Virus record (IMG/VR): IMGVR_UViG_3300017783_000006
Coordinates: 1 to 64,000 of that record
Reading direction: 5' to 3' (one strand)
Length of the DNA stretch: 64,000 nucleotides
Source: a virus
The translations under genes and the position numbers were made by a program. Positions 54,001 through 63,622 of this stretch are shown here, one piece after another. Below the pieces are notes generated by a model. That model did not search any database, had not been told where the DNA came from, and saw nothing but the letters and a program-made list of their open reading frames with translations. The stretch's first letter is position 1. Every line of letters starts with the position of its first letter.

Positions 54001-54743
54001 GAAATGAATCCAATAAAGTCGTTCAATACACTAGAAATTTTTCCAATTAAATTATCATTACATCCATTTTCTCTAACTATCGTGACCGTAGATAAAATTG
54101 CTGCATGTTTAGCAGATGCTTTGTCTTCTCTTGTTAGTTTATCTGCACCAGAAGGTTTAGATTCTGTTTGAGCAGGTGGTATTTTACCAGGAGTTGCACT
54201 AGAACCTGCGTTTGGCAATGGGTTTGGTGATGTATCTGCACTTCCCTGTGTAGCAGTACTTAATGCTTTTTGTTGTGTTGGTCCTTGAACTAATTTTCCT
54301 CTACTAGCACTAAATGGTTTTAGTTCATCTTTTATTGATTCTAATGGAAAACTACCAACACTTTCATTTCTATGGATACAACCAACAACTACTGGTTGTT
54401 GTGCTTCTTCCCCATCAATGAAAAATCCGAAAGCAGTTTCACCACCAGTTAAACGTAATGTTTGTCCAACACCACCCTGAGCAGCACCATCAGCACCAGT
54501 TGTCATTACATGTGCCCAAGGTAAGTCGTTATCAGGCAATACATCCCTATCAAAAGGATGATACCCAATTACCCTTACCTTGCATCTATATGCCCAAGCA
54601 GTTCCTAATGGATTTTCAACAGTTGTGGTATCTGGATCGGTCATTTCGGTTCTCCAGACACTTGCTGGAGCAATTTGACCTATCCACCAAACAAATCCGT
54701 CTTTTCCAATAAAATTTGATTTTAGTAAAGAACCTTCAATCAT
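51066..54743 (-). CDS. gp5-like baseplate hub with four Calx-beta/Ig-like repeats and Pro/Thr linkers
   Basis: GKDGF.WW.GQ...R.KVRVIG.H...LPWA...GFF.DG..AQQP OB-fold. Confidence 0.85.
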   Translation of the reverse strand: MIEGSLLKSNFIGKDGFVWWIGQIAPASVWRTEMTDPDTTTVENPLGTAWAYRCKVRVIGYHPFDRDVLPDNDLPWAHVMTTGADGAAQGGVGQTLRLTGGETAFGFFIDGEEAQQPVVVGCIHRNESVGSFPLESIKDELKPFSASRGKLVQGPTQQKALSTATQGSADTSPNPLPNAGSSATPGKIPPAQTESKPSGADKLTREDKASAKHAAILSTVTIVRENGCNDNLIGKISSVLNDFIGFISVIQEFQGSYIDPIANTFVDITQSIKGFANRIAGIVKFIVNNMRSAIINLVTSLFRDFIAKVLPLPQHAPVAEATKNIINIIFCLFENLLPKLLQFIENLLTNMVGRVINAPLCAAEEFTAGILGKMMEFLDDLLEPIMSGLDWLLGGLSQISSVLSQVSAVAQQILNFIGCDQLKCQPASTWSPLTGPLRNYKDSWARTLSKLDLLKGVNDDIDQAMGFTSLFGYTGNSPFKSCSKESINPSRQDSITPLPPGIKAAICIPPEIRIYGDGIQASAVPIVADNGSILTVEVLNAGKGYKKAPTAVIIDNTNHGTGAELGVNIENGSISGIYVVNAGSGFCKGDYTNLVSPPTYLVTANKYTVFEGDTVQFTINTTNIPDGTKLEYEISGDINLSDVNLKQLNKKIKINNNTASLTIKVEQDSEPEAVETMFFNLFDKDGTLVANTLVFVNDLATPLLVPEPTDPSESPPGIAPPPPGGGNTGPTPPTPTPPTPGPTPPPTPPTPGPTPPTPVPPPILPPQPPEPTPPVNATYALSASETSINEGDSVTFTLTTTNVPSNTSVGYSLSGISGGDVVGGNTTGVFTIGNNGQATVTIETALDSLNEVFEVMKMTLNNGRAFASVSITDTSPTPPGPPTPPGPTPQPPGPTPTPQPPGPPTPPGPTPGPDPDTGVRYKLVSDKPTVLKGENVLITLSTTNLDDGQRVSYTISGVTSDDLFAGSSLTGNFVVNSNKSQVLIKTLRNNSEEDKVIRLTLNNGRSSIQVPLINKREPVVPGATYKLSSNKPRVSEGESFVVTLSTKNIDDGEKVGYTISGVTPDDLASGTKLQGEFIVQSNISTLQIQTIEDNFPNENNILSLSLNNGKGLVNIPLIDRPVGVGTTSVGIITSVVPVTPGIGYTSGDRVVIGPCSYIPLLAPNGSIIGVTSLTCNSRFSEYPTIEIITNTGDGASIYPILKYTPLYTKIRTVNQVGIVSFVDCV

Positions 54744-54749
54744 TGTTTA

Positions 54750-54977
54750 TCAATCTTCGTAAACTAAACACTCTGGCTCTGATGGGTTAGCATCACAATA
54801 CAGTTCTAAAGGAGTAGGGTCATGATGATCACCTGCTTCAATCTCTTTTTTATGATTCTCTGCATAATCCTCTAAGTCATGCAGTTCACCCTCAATGTGA
54901 CGACGTTGTTGTGGAGATATAGTTGAGTTATCTAAAATCTCTTTATCAACTTTTATATGCTTTTCGATACTTTCCAT
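54750..54977 (-). CDS. cp12: CP12 Calvin-cycle inhibitor (auxiliary metabolic gene)
   Basis: C-terminal LELYCDANPSEPECLVYED. Confidence 0.93.
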   Translation of the reverse strand: MESIEKHIKVDKEILDNSTISPQQRRHIEGELHDLEDYAENHKKEIEAGDHHDPTPLELYCDANPSEPECLVYED

Positions 54978-54986
54978 ATTTACCTT

Positions 54987-56303
54987 TTAAGTAGATGTGC
55001 CATATACACCGTAACTATCTCTAATAAGTTTTAAAGAAGTTACCATTTGAGAACCTTCTATGTGGTGCCTTAATTGACTTATCAAATAATTTCCACTTTG
55101 TTGTTCATCAATTTTGTCAGAACCACCTTTAATTTCTGGAAATTCGCAATAAACGATATCACCAGCTTTTAAATTAACATTACATGGTACTGTCATATTT
55201 AGGGACTGAGTAAAGAGTAAATTATATCTTGCTGCTGCTTTTGCCATATCTGCAGCATCTCTTCCTGATGGGTTTGAAATGTCCTCAGTATTATCTAGAA
55301 CACCAGTGTCGGCAATTCTTACCATCTGTCGAGTCCATCCTTCACCCAATTCTTCTGATAATGCAATATCATTATCAGTACCTAAAGTTAACTGAATTTG
55401 TTCTTTTAATTTATAAATATATGTTTTGCAAATTCCACTATAGTAATCATAGAAGTATGTTTTATTTACATACATGCCCACTCTTAGTGCTTTTAACAAA
55501 TCAATATTTTTTTCAATCTTATAATTTAAGATTCTAAATTCAGCTCTAGTATCATCATATGATGTTGCTCCTGTATAAGTATAACCCGGAATCTCCGTAT
55601 TGTCAGCTGACCCAGAACCAATTTGTGTGTTTGAAACCAAACTTTCTATACTTTTAAAGTTAAATCCATCTTTATTCTCCCAGAAAAAGAATCCAGCAGT
55701 TCCTTTTGCTTCACCTTCTGTACTTCCATCACCAGTATTTCCCCCACTACCATTTACTACTGGTAACCCCTTTGTTCCTAACCAAGTAAGAACTCTAAAT
55801 GGTTTTCTTATGTTTCCTATAAAACTATATGAATTGGAAGTTTGTTCAATATTTTCTTCTTCATATTTTGTCGTCCCTAAATCTTCTTCCAATATCTTCT
55901 CTACGGTAGTCTTTAGATTACCTGTATATTTTCTTAAACACCTTGATTTTTCATTATTTACTCCTTCAAATGAAGTAAAATGAATGGTGAAGTATTCATT
56001 AGTATCTCTAGGATTAATATTACTAACTTTAAATACATACATTGAGTATTCCTCATCCAATGTAAATTCACCACTAGGAGTATTAACACTAAATACAAAT
56101 TTTTCACCACCCCTAATGGGTAGAAAATTATATAATGATGTTGTGTTAACAACAGTTACTGACATAGTTACGCATGGAGACAAAATATCCTCATAGTAAT
56201 CAGAATGAATAATTATATTGGATATATCCACTTCATTCTCACCATCTAGAGAAGTTATGACGGCATAATTAAATTGTAAACCACTTACTGCTTCGTTTGA
56301 CAT
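54987..56303 (-). CDS. baseplate hub protein (gp27/late-control-D-like)
   Basis: YYEDILSP..GGEK..FWENKDGFNFKS..L.AGD..SG.YLI..L.H..L.RDS.G. Confidence 0.7.
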   Translation of the reverse strand: MSNEAVSGLQFNYAVITSLDGENEVDISNIIIHSDYYEDILSPCVTMSVTVVNTTSLYNFLPIRGGEKFVFSVNTPSGEFTLDEEYSMYVFKVSNINPRDTNEYFTIHFTSFEGVNNEKSRCLRKYTGNLKTTVEKILEEDLGTTKYEEENIEQTSNSYSFIGNIRKPFRVLTWLGTKGLPVVNGSGGNTGDGSTEGEAKGTAGFFFWENKDGFNFKSIESLVSNTQIGSGSADNTEIPGYTYTGATSYDDTRAEFRILNYKIEKNIDLLKALRVGMYVNKTYFYDYYSGICKTYIYKLKEQIQLTLGTDNDIALSEELGEGWTRQMVRIADTGVLDNTEDISNPSGRDAADMAKAAARYNLLFTQSLNMTVPCNVNLKAGDIVYCEFPEIKGGSDKIDEQQSGNYLISQLRHHIEGSQMVTSLKLIRDSYGVYGTST

Positions 56304-58501
56304 TAGGTATCGTTTAGATTAGTTAAGAATATCTTTTTCATTAAACTATTTACCAAAGCACTGTCGGAGATTCCACCAGGAATTATTTGCGAAGGAGATC
56401 CTCCCCCACCAATTGATGGTGCTCCACCCACCCCTCCAGGAGAAGATGTGCTTGGTAATATTACAGGTACAATTGTAGTTGAAGAACCTGGTTTATCATA
56501 AGATGGGTATTGTCTAATACTTTCTGGTGACCTTTGTAGTCCTCTTGAATCTAATTCAAATCCACCTTTAGCATTGGGGTCTATTTGTCCTTTTGGTGCT
56601 ACTGTTCCGATGGCAGTAGATAGACTTTGAATAAACTCATCAAATTTTTTGGTTTGTGTAAAATTCTTCCCATAATGCTTTTCCCAATCAACCATAACAC
56701 CAAGTTCAACTAATGCTGTGGGTGATGCAGCACCAGCATTTACTGTTGCATTTCCCTGAGTGCTTGTTCTAAAACTTCCAAGTTCGGGATTAGAAGATGA
56801 AAATTCACTCAACGCAGTATTGATAGGTGCGGCAAGATTTGAATCTTCATCATCTCCGGGTCTTGTTATGGTCATAAATCCAGTGCTTCCTTTGGCATCA
56901 AAATGAAGTGGTAGAACTCGAACACCCTTTTTAGATTGTGATTTAATATACTTATCATATGCTTGATATGAAGAAAATGACTCTGGTTTTACAATAGCAA
57001 CATTATATCCCTGTGCTTCTAACTTTGCTTTTAATTTTTCTGCAGCAGGATCTTGATGCTCACGCTCTCGGCCATCAGCACCAGTATATGTTGATTGTTT
57101 AAATGATGTTTTGGCATCAGTATCTGGAAATTTTCCAGATAAAGAAGATGGAACATGGTCTAAAGGAATAATAATATCATGTGATCCTGTAGGAGAAATA
57201 CCTGCGATTTTCTCTTTTTTAACCACATTTGGTGATGATTTTGAACCATGTGCTCCATGACCTACAAATGCTTGTGTTCCTGAAATTTTTCCTTGAATCC
57301 CAAACCCATTAGGAATCTCTTTCACATCTTTAATACCAGGAATTGCCGTTCCTTTTGGTGCTGCAATATCAAGTCCACCATGAGAACTACCAGAAGATCT
57401 AGTCATATGAGCATTCTGTTCTTGCTCGATATATTGCTTTAATGTTGCATCATCTGGGGGATTTTCAGCATCCACATTAATTTGTGCATTTGTAAATGTA
57501 AAAGGTATCTTTCTTGACAACAAATTCTTAGCAATTTTATATGCACCTTTTCTCGCAGCAGGTAAACCCTCTGGTTTACCATAAACTTCATGATCTGGTC
57601 CAATATGAAAATGGTCACCACGAGAATTTCCAGTATTACCTTGTATAAAAGTATTTTCTCCTTCTAATCCTTTATGTAGATTATCAAGCATTGATGATGA
57701 GGATTCATCTGAAACTGGTGCTTTAGGTAATAATCCAAAACCAGTTAAGAATTTAGTGAACTGGTTGGAAAATCCTTGGAATGATCTTAAAAATCCGTCA
57801 TAAGAACTCTTATCTTTTGTATTTTGTTTTTGTTCCTTTATTAATTCTTTTACTGCAGTGTCTTGTTTATTTTGAACAGTTGATTCATATGCCCTGTCAC
57901 CACCGTAACCACCCAAGAAACTACCTGCTGTACTACCCAAGACAAATCCAACACCAGGAATAGGTATGAGAGCTTGACCAATCATACCTCCAAGAATTCC
58001 CCCAGCAAGAGAACCACCAGCACCTGCTGCTGCTTTTCCTACACTCTCACCTTCCTGCAATCCAGTAGCAAAATCAAGTCCCGCAAATATTGAATTTAAG
58101 ATACCAATAGATCTTAATGGGCCAAACTTTATTTTTGTGCCAGATACTTTAGGTGCTTTTGGTTTTCCACTGGGTTTCTGTGGTTTTCCTGGTGTTCCTT
58201 TCTGTGGATACATTCCCCCAAGTAAACCAGCGGTATCTACAGCACCAGATGCGAAATTACTCAGTAAACTACCGGGATTACCAAATAAACCACCGACATT
58301 TAAATTTTGTAATTCCTTTATCTTTCTCTTCTTTGGAAGATTTATTGCATCCAAAGCATTTTTTTCCTTATCAATTAATAGAGAAAATGATTCATAATCT
58401 TGCTGCATTTTTGGCAGTTCTCTTTTAGTTCTGCTATTGAATGCGGCAATATTATTAAATGCCGATACTAATGGTGATGATACTGCTTTTGTTTTTGCCA
58501 T
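56303..58501 (-). CDS. virion protein with permuted M23 peptidase and Amidase_3 domains
   Basis: TGNSRGDHFH precedes HGGLD; amidase motifs IPLDH..E..LPLHFDA..LVELG. Confidence 0.7.
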   Translation of the reverse strand: MAKTKAVSSPLVSAFNNIAAFNSRTKRELPKMQQDYESFSLLIDKEKNALDAINLPKKRKIKELQNLNVGGLFGNPGSLLSNFASGAVDTAGLLGGMYPQKGTPGKPQKPSGKPKAPKVSGTKIKFGPLRSIGILNSIFAGLDFATGLQEGESVGKAAAGAGGSLAGGILGGMIGQALIPIPGVGFVLGSTAGSFLGGYGGDRAYESTVQNKQDTAVKELIKEQKQNTKDKSSYDGFLRSFQGFSNQFTKFLTGFGLLPKAPVSDESSSSMLDNLHKGLEGENTFIQGNTGNSRGDHFHIGPDHEVYGKPEGLPAARKGAYKIAKNLLSRKIPFTFTNAQINVDAENPPDDATLKQYIEQEQNAHMTRSSGSSHGGLDIAAPKGTAIPGIKDVKEIPNGFGIQGKISGTQAFVGHGAHGSKSSPNVVKKEKIAGISPTGSHDIIIPLDHVPSSLSGKFPDTDAKTSFKQSTYTGADGREREHQDPAAEKLKAKLEAQGYNVAIVKPESFSSYQAYDKYIKSQSKKGVRVLPLHFDAKGSTGFMTITRPGDDEDSNLAAPINTALSEFSSSNPELGSFRTSTQGNATVNAGAASPTALVELGVMVDWEKHYGKNFTQTKKFDEFIQSLSTAIGTVAPKGQIDPNAKGGFELDSRGLQRSPESIRQYPSYDKPGSSTTIVPVILPSTSSPGGVGGAPSIGGGGSPSQIIPGGISDSALVNSLMKKIFLTNLNDT
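56522..56586. repeat. 65-bp direct repeat, copy 1
   Basis: 62/65 identical to 58735-58799. Confidence 0.9.
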
Positions 58502-60627
58502 TATCCGTCAACAATATTGTAAGTTAGTTTTGAATACATGGTTAAAAAGTTTTCAGTATCACCAGATGCTAACTGTGGAACTGTCGGTCCTTCATTTTTA
58601 CCTGGAAGAATAGTAGGAGAACCCCCTCCAGATGCTTGCTGTTGTGGTGCCGCACCAGACAAATCTAATGGAACAACACTTGACGACCCACTACCAGAAC
58701 CTGATGGTATTGGTTGAGATATTGATTCTATTTGTTCTGGTGACCTTTGTAGTCCTCTTGGATCTAATTCAAACCCACCTTTGGCATTGGGGTCTATTTT
58801 TGCAACTGGAAGTTTTCCAATTTTACCACCAGAATCAAACAAATAATTTCCTCCAGGACCTCTTCTCTTACCCCGTCCAGCATAACCTCTAAATGAAATT
58901 AAATCACCAACAAAATCACGAGATTGTGCTGCTACTGCAGTATCATTTTTGAATTGCTTTAACACATTTGATGCCGGTGCTGCTAGCTCTGGTCTTCCGA
59001 TAAAATCAGCAAAGTTTTGTATACCATCAGTACCACTAGATAATTCTTTTATTTTTTTAATTCTTTCTTCTGGTGTTTTTCCAAGTTTTGCTTTTATTGG
59101 ACCATATACACGTTCTGCATCAGGGTCTTTACTTGGGATATCATATATCATTGATGATATTGGACTAAACTGTTCTCTCTCAGTCATCTGTCCAAATAAA
59201 TCACCATAAGGTGTGAGTGGATTATTAACACGATTTAACGCTACTTGCATAACATCTGCTTGATTTTGTAATCCAGTTGCTTCCAATGTTGATGTAACAG
59301 CAGCCAGATTCTCACCTGCTACTGTAGAACCAGTAGTATCCCCGGATGGTCTTGATACTGGTTGTGGTCCACTTGGTTTGGGGTCATCATCATTTTTATC
59401 TTTATTTAAAAATCCAAATATCGTTCCCGCAAATCCATCAACAATACCCTTTAATGAATCTAAAAAATTAAATTTGTTATCTTCTTTTTGTATTTGTGGT
59501 TTATTTTCCAAGGCATTTACTGTGGCTGCACCACCAACTGCAAGAGCACCCATACCAAGGGCTGGTAATGCCATTCTTCGCATAAGACCACCCACTCTTC
59601 CACCTCTTGGTTTTGCTGCATTTGGTCCTTTGCGTGGCATTCTAACATCAAGGTTAATTCCACTACCTCTACCAGGAGATGCTTTCGGTAGATTTGATAA
59701 TTGTCCAACTATTTTAAATAGTGTTTGCCTAACTAACTTAGCAACTTCAAAACTTTCAGTAAATGAAGTAACAAGATTCTTTAAATTTTTTCTTAATCCA
59801 TCAACATTCTTTTTATTTGCAAAGAACTGTAAGAAACCTAAAGCATTATTATATGTGTCTAAGAATTTATCTAAGATATTTGTTGGTTTAGCCGCATCAA
59901 TATCTTTAATTTTCTTTTGATAATCACCTGTTAATTTCTGTACAATATTATTTGTTTCTTGTCTTACATTTTGAAGACTATTCTGTACTTGAGTTACCTG
60001 AGAACCCTGTGATTGTCTAACTTGCTGTATCTGAGTACTTAATCCTGTACCTACATCTTTTATCTTTCTATCAACACTTCTATTTGTGATATTGGTTGAC
60101 TTATCAACCAATTGCTGCACTTCATTCATAACATTGTAAGAACCTAAGTCCCCACCCAAAGGAGTATTTGATTTGGATTCTTTTACCAAATCAATTTGCC
60201 TCTGTAAGTCACCAGTTACATTCTGAACTAGTTTATTATTTTCTTGAGTAATATTTCTAACAGAATTTTGTAAATTAGTTATTGAAGAATCTTTTCTTTC
60301 AACAATATTTCCAATTTGTCTAATTATTAATTTATTATTATCTTTGATTTTATCACTAACATTTCTATTAACAATATTCGTTACATTTTGTAGGGTACTA
60401 TTCAGTTCATTTTGAATATTGCTAGAAATTGTATTAACAATAGAGCTTATATCTGGATTTACTGCCTTAACAGATGCTCTTTGAAAACCAATATCTTGTT
60501 GTCCAGAAGCAGATACTGTAGATTGCCCTACTGATGATCCACCAGAAATAAAATTTTGAAATGATTCAAGACTTGCAGGTGGATTGCCCGTTATTGCTTC
60601 TGGATTTAGTGGTGATCTAACTGGCAT
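58501..60627 (-). CDS. virion protein with coiled coil and SleB-like cell-wall hydrolase domain
   Basis: LEA...ADV.QV.LNRV...QFSP. Confidence 0.65.
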   Translation of the reverse strand: MPVRSPLNPEAITGNPPASLESFQNFISGGSSVGQSTVSASGQQDIGFQRASVKAVNPDISSIVNTISSNIQNELNSTLQNVTNIVNRNVSDKIKDNNKLIIRQIGNIVERKDSSITNLQNSVRNITQENNKLVQNVTGDLQRQIDLVKESKSNTPLGGDLGSYNVMNEVQQLVDKSTNITNRSVDRKIKDVGTGLSTQIQQVRQSQGSQVTQVQNSLQNVRQETNNIVQKLTGDYQKKIKDIDAAKPTNILDKFLDTYNNALGFLQFFANKKNVDGLRKNLKNLVTSFTESFEVAKLVRQTLFKIVGQLSNLPKASPGRGSGINLDVRMPRKGPNAAKPRGGRVGGLMRRMALPALGMGALAVGGAATVNALENKPQIQKEDNKFNFLDSLKGIVDGFAGTIFGFLNKDKNDDDPKPSGPQPVSRPSGDTTGSTVAGENLAAVTSTLEATGLQNQADVMQVALNRVNNPLTPYGDLFGQMTEREQFSPISSMIYDIPSKDPDAERVYGPIKAKLGKTPEERIKKIKELSSGTDGIQNFADFIGRPELAAPASNVLKQFKNDTAVAAQSRDFVGDLISFRGYAGRGKRRGPGGNYLFDSGGKIGKLPVAKIDPNAKGGFELDPRGLQRSPEQIESISQPIPSGSGSGSSSVVPLDLSGAAPQQQASGGGSPTILPGKNEGPTVPQLASGDTENFLTMYSKLTYNIVDG
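58735..58799. repeat. 65-bp direct repeat, copy 2
   Basis: Encodes IDPNAKGGFELD(P/S)RGLQRSPE in both genes. Confidence 0.9.
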
Positions 60628-60799
60628 TTTTTTGCTGCTGTTGTTTTAACTGTTCCTCTTCAATATGCTGCTTCAAAAGTCCAACATAAACATCTCTTTC
60701 CCAAGGAATCATATTTTCTACCTCAGTCAAAGAATATTTATGAAACTGTAGCAAAGCAAAATTTATTCTATAGTATGCCTCAAGATCCATATGAGACAT
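60617..60799 (-). CDS. baseplate hub assembly catalyst (T4 gp51-like)
   Basis: YY..NFAL.Q.HKYSL.E.ENM.PWER..Y. Confidence 0.85.
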   Translation of the reverse strand: MSHMDLEAYYRINFALLQFHKYSLTEVENMIPWERDVYVGLLKQHIEEEQLKQQQQKNAS

Positions 60800-60801
60800 A
60801 A

Positions 60802-61533
60802 TCAGCCGAAAAAACTCGTTAATCCCTCCAACGTAACTGTATTTAAAACACCAGTTTTAGGATTCTTCACTGATATTGTGTGAGAAAGTTTTGGCATGGT
60901 CTGGAAAAACTTTTCAATTTCCTTGAATTGTTCTGATGTTAAACCTTCAACAAATTCTACAAGTTCTTGCTTCGTGCAATCAGCAGCAGCCCATGCCTCT
61001 TCTGCATTAAAAACAGTATCAATACACGATGCAATAATATTAAATGACTTTTCGATATTACTTTCATCCTGAACATCATTAAAATCAAAATTATTTTTAA
61101 TAAATTGATCCAATGATGGATACTTCATTCTCATGATTAAATCAGAACCTAAATTAATATCAGGATTGTGGTCTTTATTTTTCTGTACTTTTACTTCATC
61201 AACAAACACAGTTACAGGAACTTGTGTATTGCTATCATCATCATAACATGTAACCAAAAGATCAATTGATTCACCTACAGATTTTCCTCTAACATTTAGG
61301 AAAACATATTCAATATCAAATGTTGGCAATTCATCCACTTTAATGCCTTTTGTTAAAATGCACTCGGATAATACTTGTTTAATTGCACTTGTAATTTGCA
61401 TTGCATCTCTTGATTCTAATGCAATAATTAATACTTTTTCTTCTCTAACTAGAAATGGTCTATATTTAATCTTTTTCCCATTAGAAGGCAATTCCAACTC
61501 ATAAGTTGGGGTAGATATTTTTGGTAAAGGCAT
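60802..61533 (-). CDS. baseplate hub subunit (T4 gp26-like)
   Basis: MPLP...YRPFLV.EEK...FDIEY.FL..R.KSVGE...LEGL..FF. Confidence 0.9.
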   Translation of the reverse strand: MPLPKISTPTYELELPSNGKKIKYRPFLVREEKVLIIALESRDAMQITSAIKQVLSECILTKGIKVDELPTFDIEYVFLNVRGKSVGESIDLLVTCYDDDSNTQVPVTVFVDEVKVQKNKDHNPDINLGSDLIMRMKYPSLDQFIKNNFDFNDVQDESNIEKSFNIIASCIDTVFNAEEAWAAADCTKQELVEFVEGLTSEQFKEIEKFFQTMPKLSHTISVKNPKTGVLNTVTLEGLTSFFG

Positions 61534-61561
61534 AATGTTCAGTGAACCTCAGTAAAATTAT

Positions 61562-62419
61562 TTAGAATAGATTTCCAATCGTGTTAAATATTTCTTCAAA
61601 TGTCAAATTATTTGCGGATGGATTGGTTATTCCAAGTACTTGTCCAGCACCAGTTGGTATAGTTGTTACATTACCACCATGCTTTTCATAAACATATCTA
61701 GAGTATGAGAACTCTACACTAACTTTTGTTATTGTGGAACCTTCATATGATAATGGAATTGCTGATATATTTGTTGGAAAGGCATCAATAAGTCTGTAAG
61801 TTATTGTTGGAACACTTTGCAGATTATCACCACCTTGTGATGGATTTTCTCTGAAATTTCTTTCAAATTTAACTATTGAAATAATCCTCTTATAAGTATC
61901 AGGATATCTCATCCTGAAAAATTGATTTCTATCTTTTTGATTACCAAATCCTATTGCTGACGGTGCTACTGGTCCACCAGCAGATTGTAACGGGTTTATA
62001 TAATTCATCCATTCTTCAAATACTCTCATAATTTTATAGTCGTTATCGACATAAAATGTTAATTGAACAGGAGCAAAAATTCTTCTTGTTGGAATTCTTT
62101 CTATTATACCCTGACGAGAACCCATTTCCTCTGCAACATCAAAAGTTGCTCCTGGAATTATTGCTTCGGCACAGAAAAAATCATAATAAGTATTCATTGC
62201 TGCATCAATAGTTATACCACTTTTTTGCATCCAATCTAACAAATCATTACCTGCACTACCATTTCCCAGATGCAATGCAACTTTAAATTGACTACTGAAA
62301 GATACGTTACCTAGTATGTCCATCCCACTAGCAAGTGCGACACCCCCCTCATCTCTGGGAGTGGTCATCTTCATATATAATGGACCTACGTTTGGTTGTC
62401 CAGCATTTTGATCTGCCAT
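61562..62419 (-). CDS. tail-tube initiator-like protein (gp54/gp19 fold)
   Basis: LTFYVD..Y....FE.W...DAFP..I...LSY...V.FSY. Confidence 0.7.
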   Translation of the reverse strand: MADQNAGQPNVGPLYMKMTTPRDEGGVALASGMDILGNVSFSSQFKVALHLGNGSAGNDLLDWMQKSGITIDAAMNTYYDFFCAEAIIPGATFDVAEEMGSRQGIIERIPTRRIFAPVQLTFYVDNDYKIMRVFEEWMNYINPLQSAGGPVAPSAIGFGNQKDRNQFFRMRYPDTYKRIISIVKFERNFRENPSQGGDNLQSVPTITYRLIDAFPTNISAIPLSYEGSTITKVSVEFSYSRYVYEKHGGNVTTIPTGAGQVLGITNPSANNLTFEEIFNTIGNLF

Positions 62420-62420
62420 T

Positions 62421-62428
62421 TATAAATA
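62421..62428 (+). promoter_or_regulatory. T4-type late promoter TATAAATA
   Basis: Exact consensus upstream of the gp4-like gene. Confidence 0.7.
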
Positions 62429-62456
62429 TATTTTATAGAAGATTCCTATACTATGT

Positions 62457-62924
62457 ATGCCACATAAAGACGACTCTGGTTATAGACAAGGTAAATTTAA
62501 ACCACAAAAACCAGAAAAATATAAAGGTGACCCAACAAAGATCATTTATAGGTCATCATATGAATTGAAGTTTATGCGATATTGTGATTTGACTGAAAGT
62601 GTAAACGAATGGAGGTCTGAGGAGTTTTTTATACCATACCGTTCACCTTTAGATAACAAATTTCACAGGTATTTTCCAGATTTCTTTGTAAAATACAAAG
62701 ACAAAAATGGAATTATAAGAACTATGGTTGTAGAAATCAAACCACAAAAAGACTTAAAAATGCCTGAACAAAAACCTAAACGTAAAACAAAATCTTGGGC
62801 ATATAGTGTGAAAACCTGGGCAATTAATCAGGCAAAGTGGGAAGCAGCAAAAGAATGGTGTGCTGATAGAAAATATGAATTTAAGATACTTACCGAAAAA
62901 GAACTGGGAATAAAACTAAAATGA
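62457..62924 (+). CDS. head completion nuclease (T4 gp4-like)
   Basis: KY.GD...I.YRSS.E...YFPDF...EIKP...NQAKW.AA. Confidence 0.92.
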   Translation: MPHKDDSGYRQGKFKPQKPEKYKGDPTKIIYRSSYELKFMRYCDLTESVNEWRSEEFFIPYRSPLDNKFHRYFPDFFVKYKDKNGIIRTMVVEIKPQKDLKMPEQKPKRKTKSWAYSVKTWAINQAKWEAAKEWCADRKYEFKILTEKELGIKLK

Positions 62925-63121
62925 ATGATGAAGAAAATTATTACGATTATCAAGTAAGCTTGACAATAGAGGATATACGTCTCTTACATCATTGTGTGAT
63001 TAAAAGATTAGAAATGTGGGAAGGATATCCAGCACGACCAGCAGAAGAACAAGAGCACCTATGGGTAATGAGAGATTCTCTTTTCCGAATGATGTTAGAT
63101 TATAATTTTAATAAAGGATAA
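62921..63121 (+). CDS. hypothetical protein
   Basis: ATGA overlap with the gp4-like stop. Confidence 0.7.
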   Translation: MNDEENYYDYQVSLTIEDIRLLHHCVIKRLEMWEGYPARPAEEQEHLWVMRDSLFRMMLDYNFNKG

Positions 63122-63124
63122 AAT

Positions 63125-63622
63125 ATGATTGCGGAAACTCTCAATAAATCTGCTGGTAAAAAATTTAGAAGTGGTAATTGGTGGACCAATGCACTTATGA
63201 ATGAACTTTTGAATTATCAAAAGAAAGATATTAGTCAGTCTGACACTGGATTTATTATTCCTGGGGATCTTGTGTTTTTTATGTATTCGGCAAAATATCC
63301 ACAAAAATACCCTTATTGGGATATGCATCCATTATCATTCATAGTAAATGTAAATCCTAGAGAGGGAAGTTTTACAGGTATTAATCTCCATTACTTAAAT
63401 CCACAGTATAGAAAAGGATTTGCTAAATCTCTCATAAATAAAACAGGAATAACTAATGCACCTAAAAAGACTATACATAAATATCTTTTCACTGGTGTAA
63501 TGAGTGATTTAATGAAAGTTCCCAAATCAGAATGGGGTGAAGTATCAATATTACCTACCGAATCTTTTGTAAACAAAGATGGTAGAAAAGTACCTAAGTA
63601 TAGAGTTTGGGACGCACCTTAA
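63125..63622 (+). CDS. DNA end protector (T4 gp2-like)
   Basis: F.Y.AK...YWD..PL...G.NLHYL...HKYL. Confidence 0.8.
   Translation: MIAETLNKSAGKKFRSGNWWTNALMNELLNYQKKDISQSDTGFIIPGDLVFFMYSAKYPQKYPYWDMHPLSFIVNVNPREGSFTGINLHYLNPQYRKGFAKSLINKTGITNAPKKTIHKYLFTGVMSDLMKVPKSEWGEVSILPTESFVNKDGRKVPKYRVWDAP

Noticed and set aside
56522-58799. 65-bp repeat pair as a diversity-generating retroelement TR/VR
   Set aside because: The three mismatches are transitions not confined to adenines on one strand, both copies are coding, and there is no reverse transcriptase in the window.
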